From an uncultured Bacteroidaceae bacterium (GTDB lineage: Bacteria; Bacteroidota; Bacteroidia; Bacteroidales; SM23-62), in NCBI GenBank assembly GCA_964420035.1, contig CAYQQR010000001.1, positions 41,283-105,282 on the forward strand: a stretch of DNA of 64,000 nt. Direction: 5' to 3'. Each line of letters opens with the position of its first letter. The stretch's first letter is position 1. The notes below the pieces were generated by a model. It was not told where the DNA came from. It ran no database searches and saw only the letters and a list, made by a program, of their open reading frames with translations. This document shows, piece by piece, positions 29,125 to 37,737 of this stretch. A program made the translations under genes and the position numbers.

Positions 29125-29469
29125 ATGAAAACACTAAGCTTGATTATGTTTTTGGGACTCATAATGTCGGTCCAGACCCTCGAAGCCCAAACCGGTAAGT
29201 TCAAAGAGATCAAAATAAAGACCTCGGCACAATGCGAGATGTGCAAAGAAACCATTGAAGAAGCCATGGCCTTTGAAAAAGGGATTAAATCCGCGGAGCT
29301 GGATCTGGACACAAAGATGCTTACGGTGAAGTATAAACCCCAAAAGACCGACCCGAAAACCATAAAGAAAGCCATAGCCAGGGAAGGCTATGATGCCGAC
29401 GAGGTCAAAACCGACCCGAAAGCTTATGAAAAGCTGGAAGCGTGTTGTAAGAAGCCGGAAGACCGTTAG
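29125..29469 (+). CDS. secreted heavy-metal-associated (HMA) domain protein
   Basis: 114 aa; signal peptide; CxxC metal site (SAQCEMCKETIE) in a ferredoxin-like HMA pattern; extra C-terminal ACCKKPE. Confidence 0.75.
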   Translation: MKTLSLIMFLGLIMSVQTLEAQTGKFKEIKIKTSAQCEMCKETIEEAMAFEKGIKSAELDLDTKMLTVKYKPQKTDPKTIKKAIAREGYDADEVKTDPKAYEKLEACCKKPEDR

Positions 29470-29569
29470 CCCTTCGGGCGGTCTGGAGCCCTTCGGGTAG
29501 TTGAAATTCGCGTGGGGCGGGAGTAAGTTTTTCCATGAAATCTGGTTATGGAATGGTTATTGTGTTATA

Positions 29570-29596
29570 TTTGTCCTATCAAATATATAGGACAAA
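29570..29596. promoter_or_regulatory. perfect 10-bp inverted repeat (TTTGTCCTAT-N7-ATAGGACAAA), candidate operator
   Basis: Ends 15 nt upstream of the yceI-like ATG (29612); this operon ends with an Rrf2 regulator gene. Confidence 0.45.
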
Positions 29597-29611
29597 ATTA
29601 ACAAATATGAT

Positions 29612-30241
29612 ATGAACATCATAAAAACAAAAGTGATTCCGGCTTTGATATTTGGCTTGATCGGACTGCAGGTCATACAAGCGCAGGTATCCTATAAGTT
29701 CATAAAGGAAGGATCACTGATCCGGGTTACCGGTACATCCACGATCCACGATTGGGCCATGGAAGCAAAGGATCCTGACGGGGTGGTGCAATTTAAGATC
29801 GACAAAAACACGCTCGCCGGAATAAAGGATCTTCATGTTACCATCCGGTCCGACAGGATCCTCAGTGATAACCGGATCATGAACAACAAAACTCATGAAG
29901 CCCTTGCTGCAAAAAAACATCCTGAAATTATTTTCCACCTGAACGAAGTAAAAGGGTTCAAAATCGAAGACAGAAAAATATCGGGTCAGGTGACGGGAAC
30001 ACTCAGGATAGCAGGCAAGAGCAGGGAAATATCCCTCCCTTTCACAGGGATATATAAAGGTGAAGAAATAAAGATAATGGGGAATAAGATACTCAACATG
30101 TCTGATTTCGGTATCGAGCCCCCGACGGCCATGCTGGGAACCCTGAAAACAGGCGACAAGGTGGCAGTAAATTTTGTGACCACCTGGAGACAGCAGGATC
30201 AGGGTACCGCGTACCTGAAAGAAAAACAAAATAAAAAATAG
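29612..30241 (+). CDS. YceI family periplasmic protein
   Basis: 209 aa; signal peptide; GTSTIHDW, KHPEIIFH and ...KVAVNF motifs of the YceI-like lipocalin fold. Confidence 0.85.
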   Translation: MNIIKTKVIPALIFGLIGLQVIQAQVSYKFIKEGSLIRVTGTSTIHDWAMEAKDPDGVVQFKIDKNTLAGIKDLHVTIRSDRILSDNRIMNNKTHEALAAKKHPEIIFHLNEVKGFKIEDRKISGQVTGTLRIAGKSREISLPFTGIYKGEEIKIMGNKILNMSDFGIEPPTAMLGTLKTGDKVAVNFVTTWRQQDQGTAYLKEKQNKK

Positions 30242-30249
30242 CAACAATC

Positions 30250-31482
30250 ATGATTAAAAAAATATTCATTTTAACCATATTATCATTTGTAGCATTAATT
30301 GTTAGTGCACAGGAATTTGAAGAGGCAAAGCTGGATCCGGATAGCTTCGAAAAACTCAAGGTCCGGGTGGGCGCCGATTTTGCCCTGCAGTTCCAGGGAT
30401 TGGACCATAGTGCCGACAGTACCCTGATCCCATTGGGCAGGAACGTGAACCTGCCAACGGCCAACTTCAATATAAGTGCCGATCTCGCCCCGGGGATACA
30501 GGTCAATCTGATAACCTACCTCTCATCCAGGCATCATCCTGAAGCCTGGGTAAAGGGAGGATACCTTCTGATCGACCGTCTGCCCTTTATCAATTCTGAT
30601 TTTCTTAACCGGATCATGGAGATTTCCACCCTTAAAGCGGGGGTTATGGAGGTCAATTACGGGGATGCCCATTTTCGCCGTTCGGATAATGGCAGGGTGA
30701 TCGACAATCCCTTTGTCGGGAACTATGTAATGGATGCTTTTACAACGGCTCCGGCCCTCGAAGCCATGATGAGGACCAGGGGATGGACCGTGCTGGGAGG
30801 AATTTCGACAGGTAGTCTCAGACCCGATCTGGTCCGCTACAGTTCTTTTAGCGACCGTTATACCTCCTATAACATCGGGGAAGAGCTGGCAGTATACACC
30901 AAGCTCGGTTATGACAAACAATTCAGTGAAGACTTCAGGATCCGGGGTACGGTTTCAGGCTATTATAACGGGAATCATCATTTTGGATCCCTGTATTATG
31001 GCGACCGGGCCGGTTCCAGGTATTACCTGGTTATGAACCGGCAAACCGGAAGTTCCGATGATGTGGATCCTTCACAGAATCATACTTCGAGCCGCTGGGG
31101 TCCGGGCTTTACAGACAAAAACCAGGCATTTATGGTCAACCTGTTTACCCGCTTCCATGGATTGGAATTTTTCGGCACCTATGAACGTACAGCAGGTACG
31201 GGTGCTTTTAGCGGTGCCGAATACGGGTACAGCCAGTTTGCAGCCGAACTGATTTACCGTTTCGGCAACAGGGAACAATTCTATGGCGGTGGAAAATTAA
31301 ATAAGGTTTCCAACGACAAGGACCAGGATATTTCGAGGTTTCAGATCGGAGCAGGATGGTTGATAACAGAGAATATCATTTTCAAGGCTGAATATGTCAA
31401 CCAGGGTTATAACAATTTCAGTGATTACGGACAGGATGCAGGCTTTAACGGACTTATGCTTGAAGCCGGCATTTCCTTTTAA
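30250..31482 (+). CDS. outer-membrane porin-like beta-barrel protein
   Basis: 410 aa; signal peptide; alternating beta-strand pattern; C-terminal GLMLEAGISF (terminal aromatic beta-signal). Confidence 0.5.
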   Translation: MIKKIFILTILSFVALIVSAQEFEEAKLDPDSFEKLKVRVGADFALQFQGLDHSADSTLIPLGRNVNLPTANFNISADLAPGIQVNLITYLSSRHHPEAWVKGGYLLIDRLPFINSDFLNRIMEISTLKAGVMEVNYGDAHFRRSDNGRVIDNPFVGNYVMDAFTTAPALEAMMRTRGWTVLGGISTGSLRPDLVRYSSFSDRYTSYNIGEELAVYTKLGYDKQFSEDFRIRGTVSGYYNGNHHFGSLYYGDRAGSRYYLVMNRQTGSSDDVDPSQNHTSSRWGPGFTDKNQAFMVNLFTRFHGLEFFGTYERTAGTGAFSGAEYGYSQFAAELIYRFGNREQFYGGGKLNKVSNDKDQDISRFQIGAGWLITENIIFKAEYVNQGYNNFSDYGQDAGFNGLMLEAGISF

Positions 31483-32108
31483 TGCATATGAGCAGACTTA
31501 TCAAGCCTATATCGTTAATTCTGCTGCTGTTAGGGTTCGGTACCGCCTCCAACGCGGATAAACCCGCCGGCAGGGAACCCTCGTGTGCAGCTTTTATCCG
31601 GATTGAAGGCAATACCAATTTGAACACATTCGAATTGATGTATTCTTTCCGTGACGAATCGGTCGTGTTGCATTCATCCTCCGGATCAACCCCCGCTGAT
31701 CTGCAAAAGATCAAGATCCCCGTGAGGGATTTCCGTGGCGATTCCAAAGCCATGGAAAGGGATTTTCATCAACTGGTCAAATCGGAACAACATCCTGCCA
31801 TAGTAATTGACTTCAAAGGATTCCGTGAATTGAATTCCAGGGAAGGCAATTACATGGCCATGGTCAACATCACCATGGCCGGTATAACACGGTCCTATAG
31901 CATACCGGTACGCATCCACTCACACCGGGAAGGGAGCCTCTGCCTCCAGGGGAAAAAAGCAATCAGGATCACGGATTTTAACCTGCAACCTCCCGAAAAG
32001 TTCTTCGGTTTGGTCGAAGTCCGCGATTATATCCATATCGATTTTTCTTTTAATTTTATACCCGACAAACCCAGGAATTTCCTCAGTACCAATGAAATTC
32101 AATACTAA
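31482..32108 (+). CDS. YceI-like domain protein (divergent)
   Basis: 208 aa; signal peptide; MERDFHQLVKSEQHPAIVIDF and ITDFNLQPP...DYIHIDFSFNF resemble YceI family blocks. Confidence 0.55.
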   Translation: MHMSRLIKPISLILLLLGFGTASNADKPAGREPSCAAFIRIEGNTNLNTFELMYSFRDESVVLHSSSGSTPADLQKIKIPVRDFRGDSKAMERDFHQLVKSEQHPAIVIDFKGFRELNSREGNYMAMVNITMAGITRSYSIPVRIHSHREGSLCLQGKKAIRITDFNLQPPEKFFGLVEVRDYIHIDFSFNFIPDKPRNFLSTNEIQY

Positions 32109-32517
32109 AGTCAGATATGGTTTGCGTGCCATGGTCGAAATAGCGATGGCTGAACAGGAGCGGGGCGTATTTCAAAAAGACATTGCCCGGAACCAGGATA
32201 TATCGGTCCGGTATCTCGACCACATCATAGCATCCTTGAAAGCAGCAGGATTGATACGCAATGTCGCCGGGAAAAACAGTGGCTACAGGTTAAACCGTTC
32301 ACCGGAAGAGATTACTGCTTACGATATATACCAGGCTTTTGAATATGAATTGGAGATCAACGAGTGCGTGGGGAAAGATTATCGTTGTGAGCGCTACAAA
32401 ATCTGTCCAGTAAGAGATTTCTGGACCGGCCTGAACGAGTTGATGGTCGATTACATGCAATCCCATACCCTGGAGGATCTGCGCGAGAAACAAGAGATAC
32501 TGACTTCAGAGGTCTGA
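32092..32517 (+). CDS. Rrf2 family transcriptional regulator
   Basis: 141 aa; KVRYGLRAMVEIA winged-helix signature; three Cys (C-x6-C-x5-C in NECVGKDYRCERYKICPV); 17-nt overlap with the upstream gene. Confidence 0.85.
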   Translation: MKFNTKVRYGLRAMVEIAMAEQERGVFQKDIARNQDISVRYLDHIIASLKAAGLIRNVAGKNSGYRLNRSPEEITAYDIYQAFEYELEINECVGKDYRCERYKICPVRDFWTGLNELMVDYMQSHTLEDLREKQEILTSEV

Positions 32518-32598
32518 CCCCACCCCGTGCTGTTAAATGTCTGTTAAATATAGTTTTACAGAAAAAATTTTCATAAATAAGTTATATTTTCGATTCAA

Positions 32599-33041
32599 AT
32601 GAAAACCGTTCGAAACATTGCAGGCCTTCTGGCAATGATTCCCTTCCTGATAAGTGCAACCGGGGTTGGGATTCATAGCCATATTTGCAAGAACCTGGAA
32701 ACTGAATACACGGGGTTCTTCTCACATCAGTCATGCTGCAATACAACGGATGATGAGCTCCTGTCCTGTTGTCAAAATGAAGGATCGAAGCCGGACAACA
32801 CATGCACTATCAAAGAAGAAGTTTGCTGTTCCGGGGACTATCACTATTTGAAACTGGATGATGAATACCAGGTACAGCGGGAAGAAAATAAAATACCCGT
32901 GATCAGGATAAGTGATCAGCATCAAATCTCAATTATCTTACAATGTCCTTTAAGCTGCGGTCAGGACTTTTTTGTAAGTAAATCCCCCCGGATGCATTAA
33001 AAATACCTCCTTATCTTCTGAATGCTCAATTACGCTTGTAG
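32599..33041 (+). pseudogene. Cys-rich HxC/CC/PP membrane protein, paralog 2, interrupted by a 1-nt frameshift in a C6 tract
   Basis: The annotated frame stops at 33000 (..SKSPRMH*). A shifted frame from the C-run 32984-32989 reads PPDALKIPPYLLNAQLRL* (stop 33039-33041), which aligns residue for residue with the paralog-1 tail PPGSSSSPIYIRIAHLRL*. Confidence 0.55.
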
Positions 33042-33223
33042 ACCGCCCGTGTAAGCATCATTAAATGATGATGTTTTGCCACATTATGCTGTGGTATCGG
33101 GTTTCGGTTTATAATTGATTACCAGCGGTTTGATTTGTTTGGAATCCATCTTGCTGTACCTGGCTTAACAATCGGTATCATCCGGCCGGGCTCAGCAGCT
33201 CACCATATCAATTGAATTGAGTC

Positions 33224-34720
33224 ACGTTAAACAGATTTATCAGGTTTTTTCTTGAAAACAGGTTGGTCACCTATATTTTATTATTCAGCTTCATTGTTTG
33301 GGGTATTGTAACCGCACCTTTTAACTGGGATATCGGAATTATTCCCCGTGATCCGGTTTCTGTCGATGCCATCCCGGATATTGGTGAAAACCAACAGATT
33401 GTTTATACCGAGTGGCCCGGACGTTCACCACAGGATGTAGAGGATCAGATATCTTATCCTCTGACGACTGCATTGCTGGGCATCCCGGGCGTTAAAGATA
33501 TACGCAGCAATTCGATATTCGGGCCTTCGAGTATTTACATAATCTTTGAGGAAAATGTTGAATTTTACTGGAGCCGGACACGGATTCTCGAAAAACTGAA
33601 TTCTTTGCCGGCCGGAACCTTACCCAAGGAAGTTACACCCGCATTGGGCCCGGATGCTACCGCACTGGGTCAGATTTATTGGTATACCCTCGAAGGGAGA
33701 GATAGTGAAGGAAATCCGGCAGGAGGATGGGATCCCCATGAACTGAGGACCATTCAGGATTTTTATGTGAAGTATGCCTTATCCTCAGCCAGGGGTATTG
33801 CCGAGGTGGCGTCAATCGGGGGTTTTGTCAAAGAATACCAGGTGGATATCGATCCGGCAGCTATGCGTGCACAAGGTGTGAATGTGCACCAGATAATGAA
33901 AGCAGTCAAAGAGAGTAACCTGGATATTGGGGCCCGTACCATTGAATTCAACCGGGCCGAATAACTGGTACGATCACTGGGATACATCAAATCACTTGAG
34001 GATATTGAGGAAAGCGTCGTTACGGTGCGCAACAATGTTCCTATCCGGGTCAAGGATGTTGCAGTGGTTAACTACGGTCCTGCAACCCGGCGTGGCGGAC
34101 TCGATAAAGGAGGGGCAGAAGCCGTTGGAGGTGTTGTGGTGGCAAGATATGGAGCCAATCCTCTGGATGCGATCAACAATATCAAAGAGAAGATATCTGA
34201 AATTTCCCCCGGATTGCCGTCCAAGACCCTGGAAGACGGGTCAACCTCAAAAGTAGCCATTGTACCATTTTACGACCGTACCGGCTTGATAAAAGAAACC
34301 CTGGGAACTCTGGAATCTACACTGACCGAGGAGGTTATTATCAGTATTATCGTTGTCATTTTACTGGTTCTGAACCCCAGGGCTTCCATCCTCATTTCCG
34401 GTCTGCTACCCCTGGGGGTTTTGATGACCTTTATTACCATGCGTTATTTTAAGGTCGATGCCAATATTGTTGCCTTATCGGGTATTGCTATTGCCATCGG
34501 GGTTATGGTGGATGTAGGGGTGGTATTTACTGAAAATATTCTCAGGCACTTGAATTTGCCTGAAAACCGGGGAGCACAAGGAAAAAAACTGATCCATGTA
34601 ATCTACGAAGCAACCACAGAAGTAGGTTCTGCCGTATTAACCGCATTGCTGACCACTGTGGTCAGTTTCCTTCCGGTATTTGCCATGCAGGCAGCAGAAG
34701 GTAAATTATTCAAATCTTGA
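33224..34720 (+). pseudogene. CusA/CzcA-family heavy-metal RND permease, degraded (start lost, in-frame TAA, 3' half deleted)
   Basis: Frame reads (ACG)LNRFIRFFLENRLVTYILL..., the typical family N-terminus but with ACG where ATG is expected. TAA at 33962-33964 replaces the conserved Tyr in ..AE-Y-LVRSLGYIKSLED. Homology stops at ..AAEGKLF (about residue 497 of a protein normally >1000 aa). Confidence 0.85.
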
Positions 34721-35087
34721 AATGATCGTTAATCATGCACGAACCGTAAAGCAGGCTCTGGACCGGGTCGATATGAATCTGCTGGGAAAAGAAGCCCATA
34801 TCCGGTGGATGAAATATCTGAAAAACATGGAAAATCCCTTAGAAACAATCCTTGACAGTGAGAATATTGAGGACCAGCGTGCCGCTTTCGCATCATTTAA
34901 CCTCTCATGGTATAAAGCTGTTAAAGAATTCGGTCTCAAAGAACAGACGGTTTACTACCAGTACTGCCCCATGGCCATTGGGAATAAAGGAGCTTACTGG
35001 TTCAGTAATGACAAACAGATCAACAATCCCTATTTCGGAGATGCCATGTTACGTTGCGGAGAAACTCACGAGACTCTGGAATATTAA
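34716..35087 (+). pseudogene. DUF3347-like protein, 5'-truncated remnant fused to the cusA breakpoint
   Basis: Translation ..LGKEAHIRWMKYL...IEDQRAAFASFNLSWYKAVKEFG...VYYQYCPMAIGNKGAYWFSNDKQINNPYFGDAMLRCGE matches the C-terminal part of DUF3347 proteins; no signal peptide or N-terminal half. Confidence 0.6.
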
Positions 35088-35119
35088 TTAGGGTATAGAA
35101 AAATAAATAGTGACTCAAA

Positions 35120-35341
35120 TTGCAAAACATGCTGATAAAGACAATATTCATATCGGTTATTATTGTAGCAATTATCATGCTGGCATTGGGTATAAAAATG
35201 CTCTTCAATTCCAATGCAGAATTTTTTGTTCATTCCTGTGCTCTTGAAGATGGTAGTTTTAATAAGGAAGGAGCCTGCTCAAAATGTCAGTTGAAAGATC
35301 TTGCTGACTGTCCTGAAAAAGTGGATAAATCAGAAGAATAA
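35120..35341 (+). CDS. small membrane protein with Cys-rich tail
   Basis: 73 aa; one TM helix (IFISVIIVAIIMLALGI), then HSC...GACSKC...DC. Confidence 0.45.
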   Translation: MQNMLIKTIFISVIIVAIIMLALGIKMLFNSNAEFFVHSCALEDGSFNKEGACSKCQLKDLADCPEKVDKSEE

Positions 35342-35379
35342 TGGATTAGTTTATTGCAATATTAAAAAAGTATTCAGTC

Positions 35380-35721
35380 ATGAAACTAATTAAAGCATAT
35401 ATAAGACATCGTAAAACAGAAGAAGTCTATAATGGGCTTGAGAAATCAGGGTATTGTTGTATGACCTGGGTTGAATGCGAAGGGACGGGACAGTACACCG
35501 GTCATGAAAAAGAGCACATTAGTGAAAAGTACCCATTTGCCAATGCTTACCGGGTGATAAAACTTGAAATCCTGGCCGCGGATCATGATGTACAGGACAT
35601 AATTAAAATTATAAAAGAAAACGGGCGTACCGGCTACCAGGGGGATGGAATGATTATTGTTTCCCCTGTCGATGAAGTATACAAAATACGAACAGATGAG
35701 GTGGGGGTTCAATATATTTGA
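35380..35721 (+). CDS. P-II-like signal-transduction fold protein
   Basis: 113 aa; MKLIKAYIR...beta-alpha-beta pattern and GDGMIIVSPVDEVYKIRT resembling the GlnB/P-II family C-terminus. Confidence 0.55.
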   Translation: MKLIKAYIRHRKTEEVYNGLEKSGYCCMTWVECEGTGQYTGHEKEHISEKYPFANAYRVIKLEILAADHDVQDIIKIIKENGRTGYQGDGMIIVSPVDEVYKIRTDEVGVQYI

Positions 35722-35756
35722 TCCGAAATATGTTTAACCAAAATAAAATCAGAATT

Positions 35757-36149
35757 ATGGCTTACTATTATTCTAAAAAACTAAATAATGCTGATTTCGA
35801 TGAAACCATCGAGAAAGTCACAGAAGCACTAAAAGAAGAAGGATTTGGTGTGCTTACTGAAATTGATGTGCAGCAAACCCTGAAGAAAAAACCCGACGTT
35901 GATTTCAGGAAGTACAGGATCCTGGGGGCCTGCAATCCTCCCTATGCCCATAAGGCATTACAGGCGGAGGATAAAGTCGGGACCATGCTGCCCTGCAATG
36001 TGATCGTCCGGGAAACAGGGGATAATACCATAGAGGTGGCTGCCGTTGATCCCGTAGCTTCCATGGCGGCCATCGAAAACCCGGATCTGGAAGCAATAGC
36101 GATTGAGATAAGGAATAAACTCAGATCGGTGATCGATAGCCTGGCCTGA
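35757..36149 (+). CDS. DUF302 domain protein
   Basis: Start moved to ATG 35757 (MAYYYSKKL..FDETIEKVTEALKEEGFGVLTEIDV), which matches the usual DUF302 N-terminus; the track start at 35718 is a TTG overlapping the upstream stop. Confidence 0.75.
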   Translation: MAYYYSKKLNNADFDETIEKVTEALKEEGFGVLTEIDVQQTLKKKPDVDFRKYRILGACNPPYAHKALQAEDKVGTMLPCNVIVRETGDNTIEVAAVDPVASMAAIENPDLEAIAIEIRNKLRSVIDSLA

Positions 36150-36315
36150 TCCGGATCCCGCCCATTATCAGCCTGGTAATTTTCTTCCGGGTTAATTGTG
36201 GATATCGGTGTATAACTGGTGGAAAGTGGGTAATAAATTCGACACTTCCTGTTTCAGATAGTCCCGATTTCCTGTTGGCACAGTTTTCCCGGTATTTTAT
36301 CAGAAAAAATGGATT

Positions 36316-36573
36316 ATGGACGAAATTACTTTACTCAGTGGATGGCTCCAGGGTAACTGGATCTGGTTCTTAGGGGCACTGATCATTCTGGTACTGGCAG
36401 TACTGATCATGTATCTCTTCAGCCGCCGGCACAGGAAAGAACAACTTACCCCTTTAAACAACCTGGAGCAGCTTTATCACAAGGAAAGGATCACGGAAGA
36501 CGAATTCCGGGCCCGCCGGCAAAAATTGCTTGAAAAACAGCAAAAACAGGAGGAACAGGAAAAAACGAACTGA
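36316..36573 (+). CDS. SHOCT domain membrane protein
   Basis: 85 aa; TM helix, then LEQLYHKERITEDEFRARRQKLL (SHOCT motif). Confidence 0.65.
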   Translation: MDEITLLSGWLQGNWIWFLGALIILVLAVLIMYLFSRRHRKEQLTPLNNLEQLYHKERITEDEFRARRQKLLEKQQKQEEQEKTN

Positions 36574-36588
36574 AAAACAAAAAATTTT

Positions 36589-37665
36589 ATGATTATGGAT
36601 ACACCACGGAATACTTTAAACGACATACAGAACTTTCTCGGAAAAGACAAGGATAATCTGCTTGAGTACCGTTCCGAAACCCTCGGCAAGGATCATTTAC
36701 ATCAAACCGGGCCTTCCCATGTTGATGCAATCTTTGGAAACAGCGACCGGAACCCCCGGGTTTTAAGGAATCTTTCCCTGATATACAATACAGGAAGACT
36801 CGGGGGAACGGGGTATTTATCCATATTGCCCGTAGACCAGGGGATCGAACATACCGCCGGGGCTTCTTTTGCCCCGAATCCCGAATATTTCGATCCGGAG
36901 AATATCATCCGGCTGGCCATTGAAGGGGGATGCAATGCCGTGGCGACAACCTTGGGCGGACTTGCCCTTCATGCCCGGAAATATGCTCATAAGATCCCCT
37001 TTGTGGTCAAGATCAACCACAATGAACTGCTGACCTATCCCAATAAATACGACCAGGTGATGTTCGGTTCCGTGGAAGAAGCATGGAACCTTGGAGCTGC
37101 AGCAGTAGGAGCTACGGTCTATTTTGGTTCCGGGGAATCGAACCGGCAGCTGGTAGAGGTTTCGGCTGCATTCGAACGGGCCCATGAACTGGGTATGGCT
37201 ACCATACTCTGGTGCTATACGCGCAACAGTGCATTCAAAAAAGAAGGTACGGATTATCATACTGCAGCGGACCTTACCGGACAGGCCAATCACCTGGGTG
37301 TAACCATCAAGGCCGACCTGATCAAACAAAAACTGCCCGACAAAAACAAAGGATTTGAAGCCATTGGATTCGGGAAAGTACACGAAGACATGTATAAAAA
37401 ATTGTCTTCCGGCCATCCCATCGATCTGTGCCGGTACCAGGTTATTCATTGCTACATGGGTAAGATCGGCCTGATCAATTCAGGAGGAGCCTCAGGAGAA
37501 TCCGACTTTGCCGATGTGGTAAGAACGGCCGTGATAAACAAACGTGCCAGCGGTTCGGGCTTGATCACCGGCCGAAAGGCTTTCCAGAGGCCCTTTGAAG
37601 AAGGGGCTAAATTACTCAACCTGGTTCAGGATGTCTACCTGCTGGATGAGATTGATCTGGCGTAA
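36589..37665 (+). CDS. fbaB: class I (Schiff-base, metal-independent) fructose-bisphosphate aldolase, FbaB/DhnA type
   Basis: 358 aa; long collinear similarity to E. coli FbaB as I remember it ([59 protein letters not shown]). Confidence 0.9.
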   Translation: MIMDTPRNTLNDIQNFLGKDKDNLLEYRSETLGKDHLHQTGPSHVDAIFGNSDRNPRVLRNLSLIYNTGRLGGTGYLSILPVDQGIEHTAGASFAPNPEYFDPENIIRLAIEGGCNAVATTLGGLALHARKYAHKIPFVVKINHNELLTYPNKYDQVMFGSVEEAWNLGAAAVGATVYFGSGESNRQLVEVSAAFERAHELGMATILWCYTRNSAFKKEGTDYHTAADLTGQANHLGVTIKADLIKQKLPDKNKGFEAIGFGKVHEDMYKKLSSGHPIDLCRYQVIHCYMGKIGLINSGGASGESDFADVVRTAVINKRASGSGLITGRKAFQRPFEEGAKLLNLVQDVYLLDEIDLA

Positions 37666-37737
37666 AATATAGTATGCACCATCATGAAGGGATGCATTAA
37701 AATTGGAGAAAACAATTAAAAACTGGAGGAGCATGTT

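Noticed and set aside
29468-29500. Two tandem GCCCTTCGGG mini-hairpins after the HMA gene as an intrinsic terminator
   Set aside because: The stems are only 3-4 bp and there is no U-tract. They may be real but are too weak to annotate.
33042-33223. Possible remnant of an RND adaptor (CusB-like) C-terminus between the Cys-rich paralog and the cusA remnant
   Set aside because: One frame gives a faint GL..G..V-like string, but it is far too short and interrupted by stops to call.
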